IMG/VR virus record: IMGVR_UViG_3300013109_000180
From: an uncultured virus (IMG/VR IMGVR_UViG_3300013109_000180)
Lineage: Duplodnaviria > Heunggongvirae > Uroviricota > Caudoviricetes
Reading direction: 5' to 3' (one strand)
Length of the DNA: 64,000 bases
Part shown: positions 10,017-20,214 of the stretch, piece by piece
How the letters are laid out: every line of letters begins with the position of its first letter
How positions within the stretch are numbered: the stretch's first letter is position 1
Notes under the pieces: model-generated
What the model saw: the letters and a program-made list of their open reading frames with translations, nothing else
Told to the model about the DNA's origin: nothing
The model's database searches: none
Made by a program: the position numbers and the translations under genes

Positions 10017-11383
10017 TGTTTACAAAGGCTCAGTTTTTAGATAACGAAGATAAAAATTATCACACAGAAAATGGTGTGGAAATGGCCAGAGCCTTTGGTA
10101 CAGAAGAAGAACTAAAATTAATGTTACAAATTCAAGGAGATCATTATGCTCGTGGGCATATTCTTCCAGACGAAATTGAAGCACGTAGAGGTATTGTAAA
10201 CAAATACTGGAAAATGCTTGAAAGTGTTAAAGAGGACGAAGCAAGTGATCTTTATCATGACAATGTTAAATCAGGTAAAGATTATAATGATTATAAAGGT
10301 ATTCAAATCCATAATTTAAGAAAAGAATTAAAGCGAGTAAGAAAAATACTTCTTAATTTACAAGACATTGAAGGCAAAGATAACAGTTCCGACATGGTTA
10401 ATGACATTAGAAATATGCTTGGTGGCTATGAGACGATGGTTGACAATATGGAAAGTGCTTTTGACAAACTTGTAATTGGGCGACATCGTACTGAAAGTGC
10501 AGAAAAAGTAAAAGAAGAAAAAGTTGTAAAATGTTTAGAATGTGGTAAAGATATTCCAGCTTCAACAGATCATGCCTCAGAAGAACCTTATAATTTTCTT
10601 TGTTCTGATTGTAGAGATGAAATAGGTACTGGAGGCATTAGAGAAAAAGTAACAGAAGGACCAAAGGGTAACATGGAAGGATACTTAAACACAATTGACG
10701 AGTATGTAGAAATATTATTTAAACATAGGCCTGAAGATATGACTTCTAAACTTAAAAATGAGATAGCATACAGAATTCAAAATGCTGTTGATGATATTAG
10801 AACTAGAGAACTTGGATTAAAGCCAAGTCTTATAAGAGCAAATTATGCAAATCATCCTACTGAATCAATGTCAGACGATTTAAAGTTAGCAGATGCAGAC
10901 CGCGACGATTTTAGATTCGAACCAAATAACAGGCGTCATGACGATACATTAAATGAATATTCTCCAAAACAAATTAAAATGGCATTTGGAATTTTAAATG
11001 ATCCAAGATATAGAGATGGTAATTATGATGGTGCTTATGCGGCTATTGAGAAACTTGCAAAAGGTTTAGCAAGTCATCCAAGTGTAGCAAAGGCATTAAA
11101 AAGAGCAAACGAATCAATTATAAAAGAAATAGATCCAAGTAGATCACCGTGGACACTTTCAGGTAAACATCCTGGAGCGATGACTAAAAAAGAATTAAAA
11201 AGAGAAATTGCAGTATTTGATGAATTAGTAGCAAGAGGTGATCGCTTATCACCAAAAGAAATGATGCAACTTGATTCATTATGGAATTATTTAGACAGTG
11301 ACAGAGTTGAAGAAGATAAGAAAAAAGAAGCATATCATATAGCTGAAAAGGCTAAGTGGATAAAAGGAAAGAGGGAAAAATAA
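10016..11383 (+). CDS. Acidic modular hypothetical protein with a Zn-ribbon module
   Basis: TAATG coupling; CLEC...CSDC; many VKE/VTE/LNE/IKE motifs. Confidence 0.65.
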   Translation: MFTKAQFLDNEDKNYHTENGVEMARAFGTEEELKLMLQIQGDHYARGHILPDEIEARRGIVNKYWKMLESVKEDEASDLYHDNVKSGKDYNDYKGIQIHNLRKELKRVRKILLNLQDIEGKDNSSDMVNDIRNMLGGYETMVDNMESAFDKLVIGRHRTESAEKVKEEKVVKCLECGKDIPASTDHASEEPYNFLCSDCRDEIGTGGIREKVTEGPKGNMEGYLNTIDEYVEILFKHRPEDMTSKLKNEIAYRIQNAVDDIRTRELGLKPSLIRANYANHPTESMSDDLKLADADRDDFRFEPNNRRHDDTLNEYSPKQIKMAFGILNDPRYRDGNYDGAYAAIEKLAKGLASHPSVAKALKRANESIIKEIDPSRSPWTLSGKHPGAMTKKELKREIAVFDELVARGDRLSPKEMMQLDSLWNYLDSDRVEEDKKKEAYHIAEKAKWIKGKREK

Positions 11384-11386
11384 AAT

Positions 11387-11644
11387 ATGTTTAATTGGAT
11401 TAAAAAAATGTTTGGCGATGGTGCAAAACAACAAGTATTTGTATCAAAACCTAAGGTCACAGTTAAGAAAAAGACCGTTACTAACCCAATAATAATAAAA
11501 CCGGCATTTAGAAATAAAAAAGAATTAGCAAAATTAACCAAAGTGAAACTAGAAGAAATTGGTAGAACTTATGGAATTGAGCTAGATAGAAGAGAAAGAA
11601 AAGATAAGTTAGTTAATCAACTTTGGAAAGCAATTAAGAAATAG
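11387..11644 (+). CDS. Small basic protein with Rho-N/HeH-like helical motif
   Basis: ELAKLTKVKLEEIGRTYGIELDRRERKDKLVNQL. Confidence 0.55.
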   Translation: MFNWIKKMFGDGAKQQVFVSKPKVTVKKKTVTNPIIIKPAFRNKKELAKLTKVKLEEIGRTYGIELDRRERKDKLVNQLWKAIKK

Positions 11645-11656
11645 GAGAGCGTAAGT

Positions 11657-12352
11657 ATGAGTAAATATAAAGTAACACGTTGGATGCAGGCAAATGAATC
11701 TACAGATATTGATGAGGCTCGTACCCATGCTCAATATAAAAATGTTGCATATAACTTTGACAAAGATTCTTCAATGAAGAATACTAAACCACTTACCATT
11801 AATAAAGTTAAAAAAGGACAAAAAGTTATTCTAACTAAGTCTGGAAAAAACGGAAGGGTATTTTCTGTAATGGGAAGAGGTGGATTAGTTGATGTTAAAT
11901 TAAATAACGGAAAATTTATAGAAGTCCATATTAGCAACCTAAGTATAGCTTCCGGCCCATATAAAAAACACTACGACTTAGAATTAGAAGAAACAGTAGC
12001 GGTTGACCGTAGAACAAAGGGTTTTAAAGAAGCAAGGCCATCTAAAAGTATTACCTTTAAGGCAGATGATGGCATGGTTGAATTATATACTTGGAATGGC
12101 GTTCAAACCAAATTAGAAGATCAAACAACAAGCCCAGAGTCACTGGTAAAAACACTAGTAGATCTTAATATTCCTAAAGACATACAAATTTACAATACTG
12201 ATTCAATTGACCTTGCTAGTCATCATGGGTTTGACTCAGACGATGATGCTCATAACATTATTAACAAAGCAATTAAATTATGGTCTTCTGTTAAAGAAGA
12301 TTCAGGTCAAGATATACAAAGATTAAAAGATCTTATTAAATATAGGAATTAA
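11657..12352 (+). CDS. Modular hypothetical protein
   Basis: AGGAG RBS; ANE|S, IDE|A, LEE|T, FKE|A, VKE|D motifs. Confidence 0.65.
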   Translation: MSKYKVTRWMQANESTDIDEARTHAQYKNVAYNFDKDSSMKNTKPLTINKVKKGQKVILTKSGKNGRVFSVMGRGGLVDVKLNNGKFIEVHISNLSIASGPYKKHYDLELEETVAVDRRTKGFKEARPSKSITFKADDGMVELYTWNGVQTKLEDQTTSPESLVKTLVDLNIPKDIQIYNTDSIDLASHHGFDSDDDAHNIINKAIKLWSSVKEDSGQDIQRLKDLIKYRN

Positions 12353-12356
12353 CAAA

Positions 12357-13454
12357 ATGAGACTAACACACTTATTTGAGAAATTACTAGATGAAGCATC
12401 ACCAAAAGAGTTACTTAAATTACAACAAGTACTAATAGATAAGATCCAAGCTCTTCCTGTAGATGGTAAAGGTGGTGAAGCAACTGCCGCCGTTATTGAT
12501 AAAATAGAACAAGCATTACGTGATGTTGGAGCAGGTGGCAGAGTAGCAAGTGTATTAAATAGAGTTACCGCTATAGATGATGAAGACGTACAAAAAGCAA
12601 CTAATAAGATAGCAAAAATTATTGCGGCAATTGATTTCACCGGACCTCAAATAAAAGAATTATTTACAAACTGGAATGCTAATAAATTAGTTAATACTGG
12701 TAAATTAATATCACCAGGTGCATCAACATTTGAAGAAATATTTCCAGGATATGGGGTAAACCCTGCATTTACAGAATTTGTAAATGATCTTAACCAAGTT
12801 TCAGGATATGGAATTGGAGAAGGTGAGTTTACATTAGCAGTACTTTCAAAAACTATTTCTGGCATTGGAGCACAGGGTGGCTCAGGAGATTTAATAATTG
12901 ATGGCAAAAACGTAGAAGTAAAAACAAGAAGTGTAGGTGCGGCAAGATTTACAGATAGAGATGTTAGTGTTACGTCTAATTATACTCAATTAGTTGACCA
13001 ATTTATAAATAGGTACAAAGATTTAATAGAAGCATCTGGATTAAAAATACCAGCATCGGGAATGAATCTAAAACACTTAACTGGATTTGCAAACTCTTTA
13101 ACAGATCCAAAACATAAATCAGCCTTTAAAAAAGACGTAAGCAATCTTTTACAAAATATATTTACTAAAGGTGTTGACACTGGTCCTATTACAGATGCTA
13201 TAGTAAACGGTAATAATGGTGTAGCACTTCAGTTGTATGCACAAGCAAACGTTAACAACTATCTTAGCATTAAAAGAGAAAAAGGTGCATTGGAAGGAAT
13301 TTTGTTTATTGATAAAAACAAAGATTCGTTAGTGTATATCCAACAAGCAAGTGATTTAGACAAAACGGACATGAGGTTTCATATGGATACAGCATACGTA
13401 ATTGCAATGGTTAAACCAGATCAATATCCATTTCCTCAGATGTATATTAAATAA
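12357..13454 (+). CDS. PD-(D/E)xK nuclease-like protein with capsid-targeting-like N-terminus
   Basis: MRLTHLFE start; GEGEF...GDLIIDGKNVEVKT. Confidence 0.55.
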   Translation: MRLTHLFEKLLDEASPKELLKLQQVLIDKIQALPVDGKGGEATAAVIDKIEQALRDVGAGGRVASVLNRVTAIDDEDVQKATNKIAKIIAAIDFTGPQIKELFTNWNANKLVNTGKLISPGASTFEEIFPGYGVNPAFTEFVNDLNQVSGYGIGEGEFTLAVLSKTISGIGAQGGSGDLIIDGKNVEVKTRSVGAARFTDRDVSVTSNYTQLVDQFINRYKDLIEASGLKIPASGMNLKHLTGFANSLTDPKHKSAFKKDVSNLLQNIFTKGVDTGPITDAIVNGNNGVALQLYAQANVNNYLSIKREKGALEGILFIDKNKDSLVYIQQASDLDKTDMRFHMDTAYVIAMVKPDQYPFPQMYIK

Positions 13455-13741
13455 TGTGGGAAATAATTCAGAACATGGCTACAGATCGCTTGTGGATTTA
13501 CACAGGTATAGGTGGAGCCTGTTGTGGTGCATTGTTTGTCGCATACATGCGTGGCACCCGAATTAGTTTTTGGGTATATAGCAAATGGGAAAGACTATTA
13601 GACTATTTTGTTAATCGTTTTAATTTAACTTGGTTCCAAGAAGACCCTGAAGCATGGAAAAAAGTCAATCCTAAAATATCTAAAAAAATTGAAGAACTTG
13701 ATGAACGTGTTAAGTTTTTAGAACAAACAAACAGACGTTAG
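13454..13741 (+). CDS. Small membrane protein
   Basis: TAATG coupling; N-terminal hydrophobic helix, C-terminal coiled coil. Confidence 0.65.
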   Translation: MWEIIQNMATDRLWIYTGIGGACCGALFVAYMRGTRISFWVYSKWERLLDYFVNRFNLTWFQEDPEAWKKVNPKISKKIEELDERVKFLEQTNRR

Positions 13742-13745
13742 TAAT

Positions 13746-14615
13746 ATGAATCAAATATACCTTGTATGCACTCGCAGTGCAATCAGCGCCAGTGCATTAA
13801 CATACATAATCAACCAAAGTCCACAATTCTACAATGTAGTACATAATAATCTATGGCTGGACGAGGCGGGTTCGAAGTTTAAAGATGCTACTGTAATTAA
13901 TGATTGGTGGAATGTTTCAGATTCTTTTGCAAAGATATATAATTACGATGCAAGAAATAATGAGAATATAAAACTAGAAACATTACAAAATTTATGTAAT
14001 AAATGGGAAGAGTTACAGCCAGGCAAACACATAGCATTGTTTACACATGCAACAAATACAGCAGATATTATTAAATGGAGAAATGAACACAAACTTCCTA
14101 TAACTGTAGTTACTACTATTATGGGTAATAATTGTTATAGCTATATGGATTTATTTTTAAAAAGAGAATACAGTGATGAGATGAATAAGTTTGTGAGTTT
14201 AGCTCATACATGGAAATATTTATATAACCAATTCTTAGGTCAAGATGTAATGTGGGCTGAACACGCAGACGTTGTACTTGCTATGGATGATTGGTTAAAC
14301 GACCCAAATGTAACGTATTTTGCATTAAGTATATTCCCTAATCATAATATAAAAACATGGGTAAAAGAATATAAAATGCTAAATGGATTTCATGAATGGG
14401 ATATAAAGGTATTTGATGTAGTGAACAAATTAAAAACTATATGTTATATATATGGAAAATATGAAGGTTTATTCCAGTTAAACCAAGGAAAGAAGCTATT
14501 TGCACTAGCAACACTAGAATCTGTACGTAGACAACACGATATTGACTTAAAAGATGTACAGCAGGTTGTAGATGTTACCCAAAATATCATAAGAAAACAA
14601 TTGACTTTAGCCTAG
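13746..14615 (+). CDS. Hypothetical protein, possibly sulfotransferase/P-loop-like fold
   Basis: 289 aa ORF; N-terminal YLVCTRSAISASAL loosely resembles a PAPS-binding loop. Confidence 0.45.
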   Translation: MNQIYLVCTRSAISASALTYIINQSPQFYNVVHNNLWLDEAGSKFKDATVINDWWNVSDSFAKIYNYDARNNENIKLETLQNLCNKWEELQPGKHIALFTHATNTADIIKWRNEHKLPITVVTTIMGNNCYSYMDLFLKREYSDEMNKFVSLAHTWKYLYNQFLGQDVMWAEHADVVLAMDDWLNDPNVTYFALSIFPNHNIKTWVKEYKMLNGFHEWDIKVFDVVNKLKTICYIYGKYEGLFQLNQGKKLFALATLESVRRQHDIDLKDVQQVVDVTQNIIRKQLTLA

Positions 14616-14629
14616 TTATAGTCTATAAT
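14601..14629 (+). promoter_or_regulatory. Sigma70-type promoter
   Basis: TTGACT-N17-TATAAT. Confidence 0.75.
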
Positions 14630-14657
14630 AAACATTAACTAAACTAGGAGAATATCT

Positions 14658-14915
14658 ATGAGTATTACATTCAATCAAGACGATATAGCAAAACTTAAAA
14701 CATTAATACAGGAAGGCATACATGTTATGGCAGAAGTTGAGACTCTTAATGAAGGTCTACGAGATACAGTTAAGCACGTTGCAGAAGAAATGGACATTAA
14801 GCCTGCTATTATTAATAAAGCCATTAAAGTAGCACACAAGGGCGAATTACATAAACAAAGAGATGTTTTTGATCAAGTAGAAACTATACTTGAAAGTGTT
14901 GGACGACCAGATTAA
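14658..14915 (+). CDS. Small dsDNA-binding protein-like (T4 DsbA/GapR-like coiled coil)
   Basis: AGGAG RBS; LKTLIQEG...LNEGLRDTVKHVAEEMDIKPAIINKAIK pattern. Confidence 0.5.
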   Translation: MSITFNQDDIAKLKTLIQEGIHVMAEVETLNEGLRDTVKHVAEEMDIKPAIINKAIKVAHKGELHKQRDVFDQVETILESVGRPD

Positions 14916-15223
14916 TGAAACAACAAGATTTACCATTGGAAGAAGAAAAAGGTTATTGGAGAAAACTAGCAATTAAAAAAGTAACACCAAGATATGATTT
15001 ATCTTGGTACATTAAATGGATCTCTAGTATTTTTCTTCTTGTTGGCATGTCACTAGTAGGAATAGGCGGATACGAACCATGGAATATGGTTATGTCACTT
15101 ATTGGTGTCGCTGGCTGGATGGTAGTTGGAATGTTATGGCATGATAGATCATTAATTCTTCTTAATGCCATAGCAATTTTTATTTGGGCTTCAGGAATCC
15201 TTAAATTTTATCTAGGAGCCTAG
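14915..15223 (+). CDS. Small three-TM membrane protein
   Basis: WYIKWISS...GWMVVGMLWHDRSLILLN; three hydrophobic segments. Confidence 0.65.
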   Translation: MKQQDLPLEEEKGYWRKLAIKKVTPRYDLSWYIKWISSIFLLVGMSLVGIGGYEPWNMVMSLIGVAGWMVVGMLWHDRSLILLNAIAIFIWASGILKFYLGA

Positions 15224-15226
15224 CAC

Positions 15227-16345
15227 GTGATTAATCATATCCACAATTTTTGGGGTATAAGAACAGAACATATTTTTAATGATGTGTTTACTGGTTATGA
15301 AGACTTGTATCCAGAATTGGATACATTTACCGCTGAAGTATATGACGAAGATCCTACAAATACTATAGAAGAAGTTTTTAATATATATAGAAATAGAGGT
15401 ATAGTACCAATTATATATTATACTGAAAATGGACTAATACAATCATTAAAAGAATTTAAACGAGCATCATATAGTCATGTAGAAAATAATGTAATTGGAC
15501 TTGGTAACAATTTAGGACAAACACTTTGTAGATTTTTATTTACAAATATGCAAACAGCAGAACCCAAGGGAAGAGGGTCAAATAGTTTAAAAGATAGATT
15601 TAATGATGATGCTAAGTTGCGTAGAGCTATTAGAATATGCTTTGAATTTAGAGATGGAAATAAATTAGTATATCCAACAGCAATGCGTAGAAGTTTAGAA
15701 TTAGTAACAGGTGAGAATGTACAAAACTTTAAGCCACAACATGCTAGAGCAATTGCAGAACGTTTATGTCCGGTGCTATGGGGTCGTATTTACGATTATA
15801 GCTGTGGTTATGGTGGAAGGTTAATAGGAATAGCAAGTAGTAATATGAACTACAGTTATATAGGTACAGACCCTAATACAGAAACATTTGAATATTTAAA
15901 ATACTTAGATAGTTTACTAACTAACAGTTCTGAGATTATTTGTTTGCCATCAGAAGAATATCAATGTGAAGATATTGATTTAGCATTTAGTAGCCCGCCT
16001 TATTTTAATTTAGAAAAATACAGTGATGAGCCTACACAATGTATGGTTAAATATACTAGCATGGATGATTGGTTTGATGGATATGTTGCTCCTACAATGA
16101 AAAATATACATAAGGGTCTTAATGATGATGGAATATTTGCAACAAACATTGCAGACTATAAAAGTTATGGTAATAAAGAATATTTCGTTGTAGATCGTTG
16201 GATTGAACTTGCTGAAAAGATTGGATTCAAACATACAAACACAATTAAGATGTTGCTTAACACCCGTCCTGGTGTTGGAAACTTTAAAACAGAAGGTAGA
16301 GAAAAATTCGAAGGAGTATACGTTTTTGAAAAAAATAATACATGA
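15227..16345 (+). CDS. SAM-dependent amino (N4C/N6A) DNA methyltransferase-like protein
   Basis: Motif I DYSCGYGGR and motif IV FSSPPYFNLE. Confidence 0.75.
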   Translation: MINHIHNFWGIRTEHIFNDVFTGYEDLYPELDTFTAEVYDEDPTNTIEEVFNIYRNRGIVPIIYYTENGLIQSLKEFKRASYSHVENNVIGLGNNLGQTLCRFLFTNMQTAEPKGRGSNSLKDRFNDDAKLRRAIRICFEFRDGNKLVYPTAMRRSLELVTGENVQNFKPQHARAIAERLCPVLWGRIYDYSCGYGGRLIGIASSNMNYSYIGTDPNTETFEYLKYLDSLLTNSSEIICLPSEEYQCEDIDLAFSSPPYFNLEKYSDEPTQCMVKYTSMDDWFDGYVAPTMKNIHKGLNDDGIFATNIADYKSYGNKEYFVVDRWIELAEKIGFKHTNTIKMLLNTRPGVGNFKTEGREKFEGVYVFEKNNT

Positions 16346-16346
16346 T

Positions 16347-16463
16347 TTGGAATGTTTACAATGTGGTCATAGGTTTGTTTCACCAGTGCCTCGACCATGT
16401 ATTAATTGTGGACACAAATATCTTGTTGATTGGGGATTTAAAAAAGTGAGTAAAAAAATATGA
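16347..16463 (+). CDS. Small zinc-ribbon protein (38 aa, TTG start)
   Basis: ECLQCGH...PCINCGH; fills the gap between the MTase and the polymerase, with an ATGA overlap. Confidence 0.55.
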   Translation: MECLQCGHRFVSPVPRPCINCGHKYLVDWGFKKVSKKI

Positions 16464-19153
16464 GTTATGTAGACGCATTTCATGACAAGGCCAAAGACAT
16501 TATACATATAGTAGAACGTGTAGATGGTAAAAGAGAATTTAAAGAAATTCCTGCCAAGTATACATTTTATTATAGAGATCAAAATGGAAAGTACACAAGT
16601 ATATTTGGTGAGAAATTAGAACGTGTTGTATGTAACACAAGTAAAAAGTTTAACACAGAAAAGAAGATTCATGGACATAAAGGTTTATATGAGAGCGATG
16701 TAAATGTTATTTTTAAAACGTTCGCTGAAAATTATGACCCTACTAGTGTTCCTAAGTTAAATGTTTGCTTTTTTGATATTGAGACTGATTTTAATAAAGA
16801 AGTTGGATTTGCTCCACCGGAAGATCCTTTTAATCCATTAACAGCAATTAGTTTACATTGTAATTGGATGGATATGACTATTTGTCTTGCTCTTGGTCCT
16901 AAGTCAATGAACCTAGAAGAGGCAAAAGAAATTACTAATAAATTTGAAAATACTATTTTGTTTGCAACAGAAAAAGAAATGCTATTAGCATTTTTGGATT
17001 TAATTGATGATGCTGATATTTTAAGTGGATGGAATAGTGAAGGTTTTGATATTCCATATTTGGTGAACAGAGTATCACGAGTGTTGTCTAAAAGCCACAC
17101 ACGTAAATTCTGTTTATGGGATATGTTACCAAGAGAACGTAAATTCGAACGTTATGGTGCAGAGCAACAAACATATGATACATATGGTCGTGTACATATG
17201 GATTATATGCAATTGTATAGAAAGTATACATACCATGAAATGCATAGTTATAGTCTAGATGCAATTGGTGAATACGAAGTAGGAGAACGCAAAGTAGATT
17301 ACGAAGGAACATTAGATCAACTTTATAACAATGACTTTGAAAAGTTTATTGCATATTCTAGACAAGACGTTGAGTTATTAGTTAAACTAGATGCTAAATT
17401 ACAATTTATTGATTTAGCGAATGTGTTAGCACATTCTAATACAGTTTTGCTACAAACAACAATGGGTGCTGTTGCACAAACAGACCAGGCTATTATGAAT
17501 GAAGCACACACTAAAGGTATGATTGTACCAGATAAACGTTATGACAGAGATACAACAACGGCGGCTGGTGCATATGTTGCATATCCTAAAAAAGGAATGC
17601 ATAAATGGATAGGTAGTATTGACTTAAACAGTCTATATCCTAGTATTTTACGTAGTTGCAATATGAGTACAGAAACTATTGTTGGGCAAGTTCGCCATAC
17701 ACACACAAAAGAAATGATTCAAAATGCAAGAACAGTTGCTGAAGCATGGGAAGGAAAGTTCGCGTGTAGAGAATATGAATTAGTAATAGATAAAAATATA
17801 GATGAAATGTTACATCTTGATTTTGAAGATGGAACTAGTTTTAAAGCAACAGGTGCTGAAATATATGAGATTATTTTTAATAGTGGGCAACCTTGGATTA
17901 TTAGTGCAAATGGTACAATATTTACATATGAGAAAAAAGGTATTATTCCTGGATTGCTAGAACGTTGGTATGCAGATCGTAGAGAGTTACAAGCAAAAGC
18001 ATCAGCGGCACGTGAAAAAGGCGGCAATGAGTTTGCATTTTGGGACAAACGACAGTTAGTTAAAAAGATTAATTTAAATAGTTTGTATGGTGCATTATTA
18101 AACCCAGGTAGTAGATTTTTTGATAGTAGATTAGGACAAAGTACAACACTTACAGGACGTTGTATTGCAAGACATATGGCGGCTGAAATTAATAAAATTA
18201 TTGCTGGAGAATATGATCATCAAGGTAAAGCAATTGTATATGGAGATACTGACTCTACATATTTTAGTTCATATCCTTTATTAAAGGAACAGATTGATAA
18301 AAATGAAATTAATTGGGATAGGGATAATATTATTGCTTATTATGATGCAGTATGTCAAGAAGTAAGTAAAACATTTCCAGGATTTATGAGTAGAACATTT
18401 CATACTACATTAGACTTGGGTAGTATTATTCAAGCAGACAAAGAAATGGTTGGAAGTGCAGGTATTTTTATTACAAAGAAACGTTACGCAATGTTAGTAT
18501 TTGATAACGAAGGTAAACGTGAAGATGTAGATGGTAATCCTGGTTATATCAAAGCAATGGGATTAGATTTAAAGAGAAGTGATACTCCACCTTGGATGCA
18601 AGACTTTTTAAAAGACGTATTGCTCGATGTGCTAACTGGTAGTGAAGAACAAGAAATAATTGATAAAATTATTGAGTTTCGTAAAGAATATAGAGCCAAG
18701 CCTAGTTGGGAAAAAGGTAGTCCTAAACGTGTTAATAACTTGACTGCATATAGAGGTAAAATGGCAAAGTTTGAAAGAGATCGTAAAGTAGCACATAACA
18801 ATAACAAAACAACGGCAGACATTAAAAAGCCACCAATGCCTGGCCATGTTACCGCGGCACTTAATTGGAATAAGTTACGTGAAATTAACAGTGATAATTA
18901 TGCTAATGAAATTACAGATGGTATGAAAACTATTGTTTGTAGAATAAAAGATAATCCATTAGGTATGACAAGTGTAGCCTATCCTACAGATGAAACACGG
19001 CTTCCACAGTGGTTTTTAGATCTTCCATTTGATGATGAACATATGGAAAGAGTAGTAGTTACTAAAAAATTGGAAAACTTATTAGGTGTAATGAAGTGGG
19101 ATTTAGATAAAGCCGCGGCTAAAAACACCTTCAACAATCTATTTGAATTTTAA
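16460..19153 (+). CDS. Family B DNA polymerase (T4 gp43-like)
   Basis: ExoI DIETD, ExoII GWNSEGFDIPYL, SIDLNSLYPS, KINLNSLYG, YGDTDS, KKRY. Confidence 0.97.
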   Translation: MSYVDAFHDKAKDIIHIVERVDGKREFKEIPAKYTFYYRDQNGKYTSIFGEKLERVVCNTSKKFNTEKKIHGHKGLYESDVNVIFKTFAENYDPTSVPKLNVCFFDIETDFNKEVGFAPPEDPFNPLTAISLHCNWMDMTICLALGPKSMNLEEAKEITNKFENTILFATEKEMLLAFLDLIDDADILSGWNSEGFDIPYLVNRVSRVLSKSHTRKFCLWDMLPRERKFERYGAEQQTYDTYGRVHMDYMQLYRKYTYHEMHSYSLDAIGEYEVGERKVDYEGTLDQLYNNDFEKFIAYSRQDVELLVKLDAKLQFIDLANVLAHSNTVLLQTTMGAVAQTDQAIMNEAHTKGMIVPDKRYDRDTTTAAGAYVAYPKKGMHKWIGSIDLNSLYPSILRSCNMSTETIVGQVRHTHTKEMIQNARTVAEAWEGKFACREYELVIDKNIDEMLHLDFEDGTSFKATGAEIYEIIFNSGQPWIISANGTIFTYEKKGIIPGLLERWYADRRELQAKASAAREKGGNEFAFWDKRQLVKKINLNSLYGALLNPGSRFFDSRLGQSTTLTGRCIARHMAAEINKIIAGEYDHQGKAIVYGDTDSTYFSSYPLLKEQIDKNEINWDRDNIIAYYDAVCQEVSKTFPGFMSRTFHTTLDLGSIIQADKEMVGSAGIFITKKRYAMLVFDNEGKREDVDGNPGYIKAMGLDLKRSDTPPWMQDFLKDVLLDVLTGSEEQEIIDKIIEFRKEYRAKPSWEKGSPKRVNNLTAYRGKMAKFERDRKVAHNNNKTTADIKKPPMPGHVTAALNWNKLREINSDNYANEITDGMKTIVCRIKDNPLGMTSVAYPTDETRLPQWFLDLPFDDEHMERVVVTKKLENLLGVMKWDLDKAAAKNTFNNLFEF

Positions 19154-19341
19154 TGATCCGTATATTTTTTATATTACTGGCTTTATTGCTACTAACCGCT
19201 TGTGGCCCTACTTTATTCACTGTAGGTGGTGTAGTTAGTGTTACTGCTGGAGATGTTGCTGTAGCACCCATAAAACACAAGATTTTAAGCGATTTAAAGG
19301 AAGATTTAGATAAAAAACCCAGTAAAACTGCGAAAAATTAG
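19153..19341 (+). CDS. Small lipoprotein
   Basis: Signal peptide with lipobox LLLTAC. Confidence 0.65.
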   Translation: MIRIFFILLALLLLTACGPTLFTVGGVVSVTAGDVAVAPIKHKILSDLKEDLDKKPSKTAKN

Positions 19342-19344
19342 CTA

Positions 19345-19373
19345 TTGACAAATAGGGTTATTTGTTGTATATT
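19345..19373 (+). promoter_or_regulatory. Sigma70-type promoter
   Basis: TTGACA-N17-TATATT. Confidence 0.7.
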
Positions 19374-19375
19374 AT

Positions 19376-19963
19376 ATGTATAAAATGAAATATTTAATTA
19401 TTTTAGCAGGCGTTATGTGGGCCTTATTCTTTTATACAAATGCAAAAGCATTGTCACCACCCGAAATAACAAATAAAGAATTCGCATATGAAATTAAAAG
19501 TTGTGTAGATAAGTTATACACAGATGAAGAAAAATATCCATTATCTAAGCAAGTTCCATTAGAGCTTATTATTGCTCAAGCCGCACATGAAAGTGCCTGG
19601 GGTAAAAGTAGATTTGCAGTAGAAGGAAACAATTTATTTGGTATAAGAACTTGGGATGAAACAGTCCCACAAATGAAAGCAAAAGGTGCTCCAAATGCAA
19701 AATGGGGGCTAAGAATATATAAAAGCTGGTGCGATAGTATAACACATTATTTACACATTTTAAACACATATCCTGCTTATGAACCTTTTAGAAATGAGTT
19801 AGAATTTCAAATTGGATCAGAGAAATTAGCAATGAGTTTAACATTGTATTTAGAACCTTGGAGCGAACAAGGAAAAGAGTATGTAAGATTGTTACAATCT
19901 GTAATACTAGGTTTGTATAAGAAAGAATTTTTTAACCAACTAATACAAAGGAGTATAATATGA
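19376..19963 (+). CDS. Glucosaminidase (GH73/Bax-like peptidoglycan hydrolase) with signal peptide
   Basis: AQAAHESAWGKSRFAVEGNNLFGI; hydrophobic N-terminus. Confidence 0.85.
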   Translation: MYKMKYLIILAGVMWALFFYTNAKALSPPEITNKEFAYEIKSCVDKLYTDEEKYPLSKQVPLELIIAQAAHESAWGKSRFAVEGNNLFGIRTWDETVPQMKAKGAPNAKWGLRIYKSWCDSITHYLHILNTYPAYEPFRNELEFQIGSEKLAMSLTLYLEPWSEQGKEYVRLLQSVILGLYKKEFFNQLIQRSII

Positions 19964-20214
19964 ATGATTTAGGGTTAGATATACAAAAACAAATAGATAG
20001 CATTATAAAACACGAAAGACGACATGGTGGTCCTTATGACAGAGGTGGTGCTGATAGTTATTATGGTCGTGGTTCCAACCCACACTATTTTACTGGTGGA
20101 ACACATAATAGTCCAATGGTAGAAGAAAAAAATATGACAGAAGATGAAATTATTGCATATAAAGCCGGCTATGCTGATAACGAAGCGGCTGGAGATAAAA
20201 AAGATTGGGGGTAA
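19960..20214 (+). CDS. Phage hypothetical protein
   Basis: RHGGPYDRGGADSYYGR...YKAGY...KDWG; GGAG RBS. Confidence 0.7.
   Translation: MNDLGLDIQKQIDSIIKHERRHGGPYDRGGADSYYGRGSNPHYFTGGTHNSPMVEEKNMTEDEIIAYKAGYADNEAAGDKKDWG

Noticed and set aside
13866..13880. GGTTCGAA resembling a tRNA T-loop
   Set aside because: It lies inside a CDS with no cloverleaf. No tRNA was recognised anywhere in the window by eye; tRNAscan-SE would settle this.
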